Shown here in pieces: positions 62,835-64,000 of a DNA stretch of 64,000 bases. The notes beneath the pieces were generated by a model. It made no database searches. It saw only the letters and a list, made by a program, of their open reading frames with translations, and was not told the origin of the DNA. Position 1 is the stretch's first letter; each line of letters opens with the position of its first letter. Both the position numbers and the translations under genes were made by a program. The stretch is from contig JAFXTS010000008.1 in the NCBI GenBank assembly GCA_017535665.1, forward strand, positions 7,165 to 71,164, in the 5' to 3' direction. The DNA comes from Bacteroidales bacterium. GTDB lineage: Bacteria > Bacteroidota > Bacteroidia > Bacteroidales > WCHB1-69.

Positions 62835-63467
62835 CTACTCGTTGAAGGTGCCAGCGGGTAACGTGATGTTTTTCTGATGGTTGGAGAATTTGATGGTGGT
62901 CACGTCGCCGTTTTTGTCCGTCATCTTCACCTGCGTGGCCAAATAGGTGGTGGGATTGAGGTACACCTCGATGCTCTGGTACATGTCTTTCACGCGCTTG
63001 CTCTTGGGAGAAAGCATCACCAGTACGTCTTTCCCTTTGTAGAAGGTGGCGTCGAAGTCGGCACTGCTGGTGAGCCCCGAGCCGCTGATGGTTTTCAGAA
63101 TCATGCCGGCCATCTCGCCAATCATTTTGTTCTGGGTGGAGCCCTTGGCGGTTTTCAGATAGGCTCCTTTTTTGTTTAAGATGATGGAATAAGCCTTCGG
63201 AGAGGTGTAGGCCCAGCAGAGCAGGTCGGGCTGTTGGTACGAGAGCGTGCCTTCCGACTTGGCGGGCGTGGTGAAGGCTTTGGAACTCTTCTCCTGCGTG
63301 AAGTTCACCTTCAGCGACTTCAACTGTGAAGAGGCCGTGGAGATGCTTTTGGTCAATGCTGTTTGTGCATCGCCGCTCTGCAACGTGTAGCCGGAGGGTT
63401 GTGCCACGGCCATTACTACTGATAACACACTGACAATCAGGATTGAGAGGAACTTTTTCATCATCAT
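62835..63467 (-). CDS. LolA-like outer-membrane lipoprotein carrier/sorting protein
   Basis: Signal peptide. About 210 aa. The LKSLKVNFTQEK...G.LSYQQPDLL pattern is typical of LolA-like proteins. Confidence 0.65.
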   Translation of the reverse strand: MMMKKFLSILIVSVLSVVMAVAQPSGYTLQSGDAQTALTKSISTASSQLKSLKVNFTQEKSSKAFTTPAKSEGTLSYQQPDLLCWAYTSPKAYSIILNKKGAYLKTAKGSTQNKMIGEMAGMILKTISGSGLTSSADFDATFYKGKDVLVMLSPKSKRVKDMYQSIEVYLNPTTYLATQVKMTDKNGDVTTIKFSNHQKNITLPAGTFNE

Positions 63468-63496
63468 TTTTATCTGAAATAAACGAGCATTAAGAA

Positions 63497-63529
63497 CGAT
63501 GGAAGATTAAAAAGTTTAATCTTCCATCG
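63497..63529 (-). terminator. Strong hairpin downstream of ahcY
   Basis: Perfect 15-bp stem CGATGGAAGATTAAA / TTTAATCTTCCATCG with a 3-nt loop. On the minus strand it is followed by TTCTTAAT. Confidence 0.55.
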
Positions 63530-63551
63530 CAGTTTATTGATTTACAATATT

Positions 63552-64000
63552 TTAATATCTATAGAAATCAGCTTTGAAAGGACCGTTGACGGGCACACCG
63601 ATATAGTCGGCCTGCTTCTGGGTGAGCTGGGTGAGTTTCACGCCGATCTTGGCCAGATGGAGGCGTGCCACCTCCTCGTCGAGGTGTTTGGGCAGGCAAT
63701 AGACGCCGATTTTGTAGTCGTGCTGCCAAAGCTCAAGCTGGGCGAGGGTCTGGTTGGTGAAGGAGTTGCTCATCACGAAGGAGGCGTGACCAGTGGCGCA
63801 GCCGAGGTTCACGAGGCGGCCTTCAGCGAGGATGAAGATGGAGTGGCCGTCGGGGAAGATATACTCATCGACCTGCGGCTTGATGTTGCGTTTCACGATG
63901 CCGGGAGTCTTCTCAAACTCAGCCACTTGAATCTCATTATCGAAATGACCGATGTTGCAAACGATGGCCTGGTCTTTCATCTTTTTAAGATGGTCAGCGG
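63552..64000 (-). CDS. ahcY: Adenosylhomocysteinase, C-terminal part (5' end lies outside the window)
   Basis: [35 protein letters not shown] and C-terminal ...YRY. Confidence 0.92.
   Translation of the reverse strand, partial: ADHLKKMKDQAIVCNIGHFDNEIQVAEFEKTPGIVKRNIKPQVDEYIFPDGHSIFILAEGRLVNLGCATGHASFVMSNSFTNQTLAQLELWQHDYKIGVYCLPKHLDEEVARLHLAKIGVKLTQLTQKQADYIGVPVNGPFKADFYRY

Noticed and set aside
1-64000. Integrase, transposase, rRNA, tRNA or cas genes anywhere in the window
   Set aside because: None of the ORF translations show the corresponding signatures, and none of the intergenic regions are long or structured enough.

Overview
This window is a chromosomal segment from a Bacteroidota genome, probably Bacteroidales or Prevotellaceae-like. 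The assignment rests on several T9SS C-terminal sorting domains, TonB-dependent/CarboxypepD_reg outer-membrane proteins, TAnnTTTG -7 promoter boxes in front of many genes, and no obvious Shine-Dalgarno use. I call about 60 protein genes, mostly housekeeping:
- cell envelope and division: mraY, ftsW
- tRNA/rRNA modification: tgt, dus, rlmN
- core metabolism and replication: ispD, nrdJ, holB, coaE, ahcY, cinA, manC
- ribosomal proteins: rpmB, rpmH
- peptidases: M3 Dcp, M24 PepP, S41 Ctp, and a C10 protease with CUB domains
- transport: a SulP permease and a MATE pump

I found no rRNA, tRNA, CRISPR array, integrase or transposase.

Lower-GC accessory patches are present:
- an ORF6N remnant
- an operon of ABC ATPase, membrane protein, GntR regulator, a 28-aa peptide and an outer-membrane barrel
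- a membrane-anchored LytTR protein
- a DRTGG-PHP-GHKL ATPase trio followed by an AT-rich orphan gene
- hicAB

The signals most worth following up:
1. A dispersed family of strictly phased short tandem repeats. The 8-nt AGTTAAGG / CTTAACTC words sit in the same orientation upstream of the LytTR gene, the GHKL ATPase gene and the MATE gene. This fits a LytTR-type direct-repeat regulon, but that is a hypothesis.
2. A second family of 7-nt (C/T)TG(A/G)AAA heptads that embed or follow the TGA stop codons of four plus-strand genes.
3. A 185-aa MurD-like ORF that lacks the whole ATP-binding domain, inside a dcw cluster that breaks off after ftsW.
4. Operator-like palindromes overlapping the -7 boxes of the GntR/ABC and hicAB operons.

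All functional calls come from motif recognition by eye; no searches were run.
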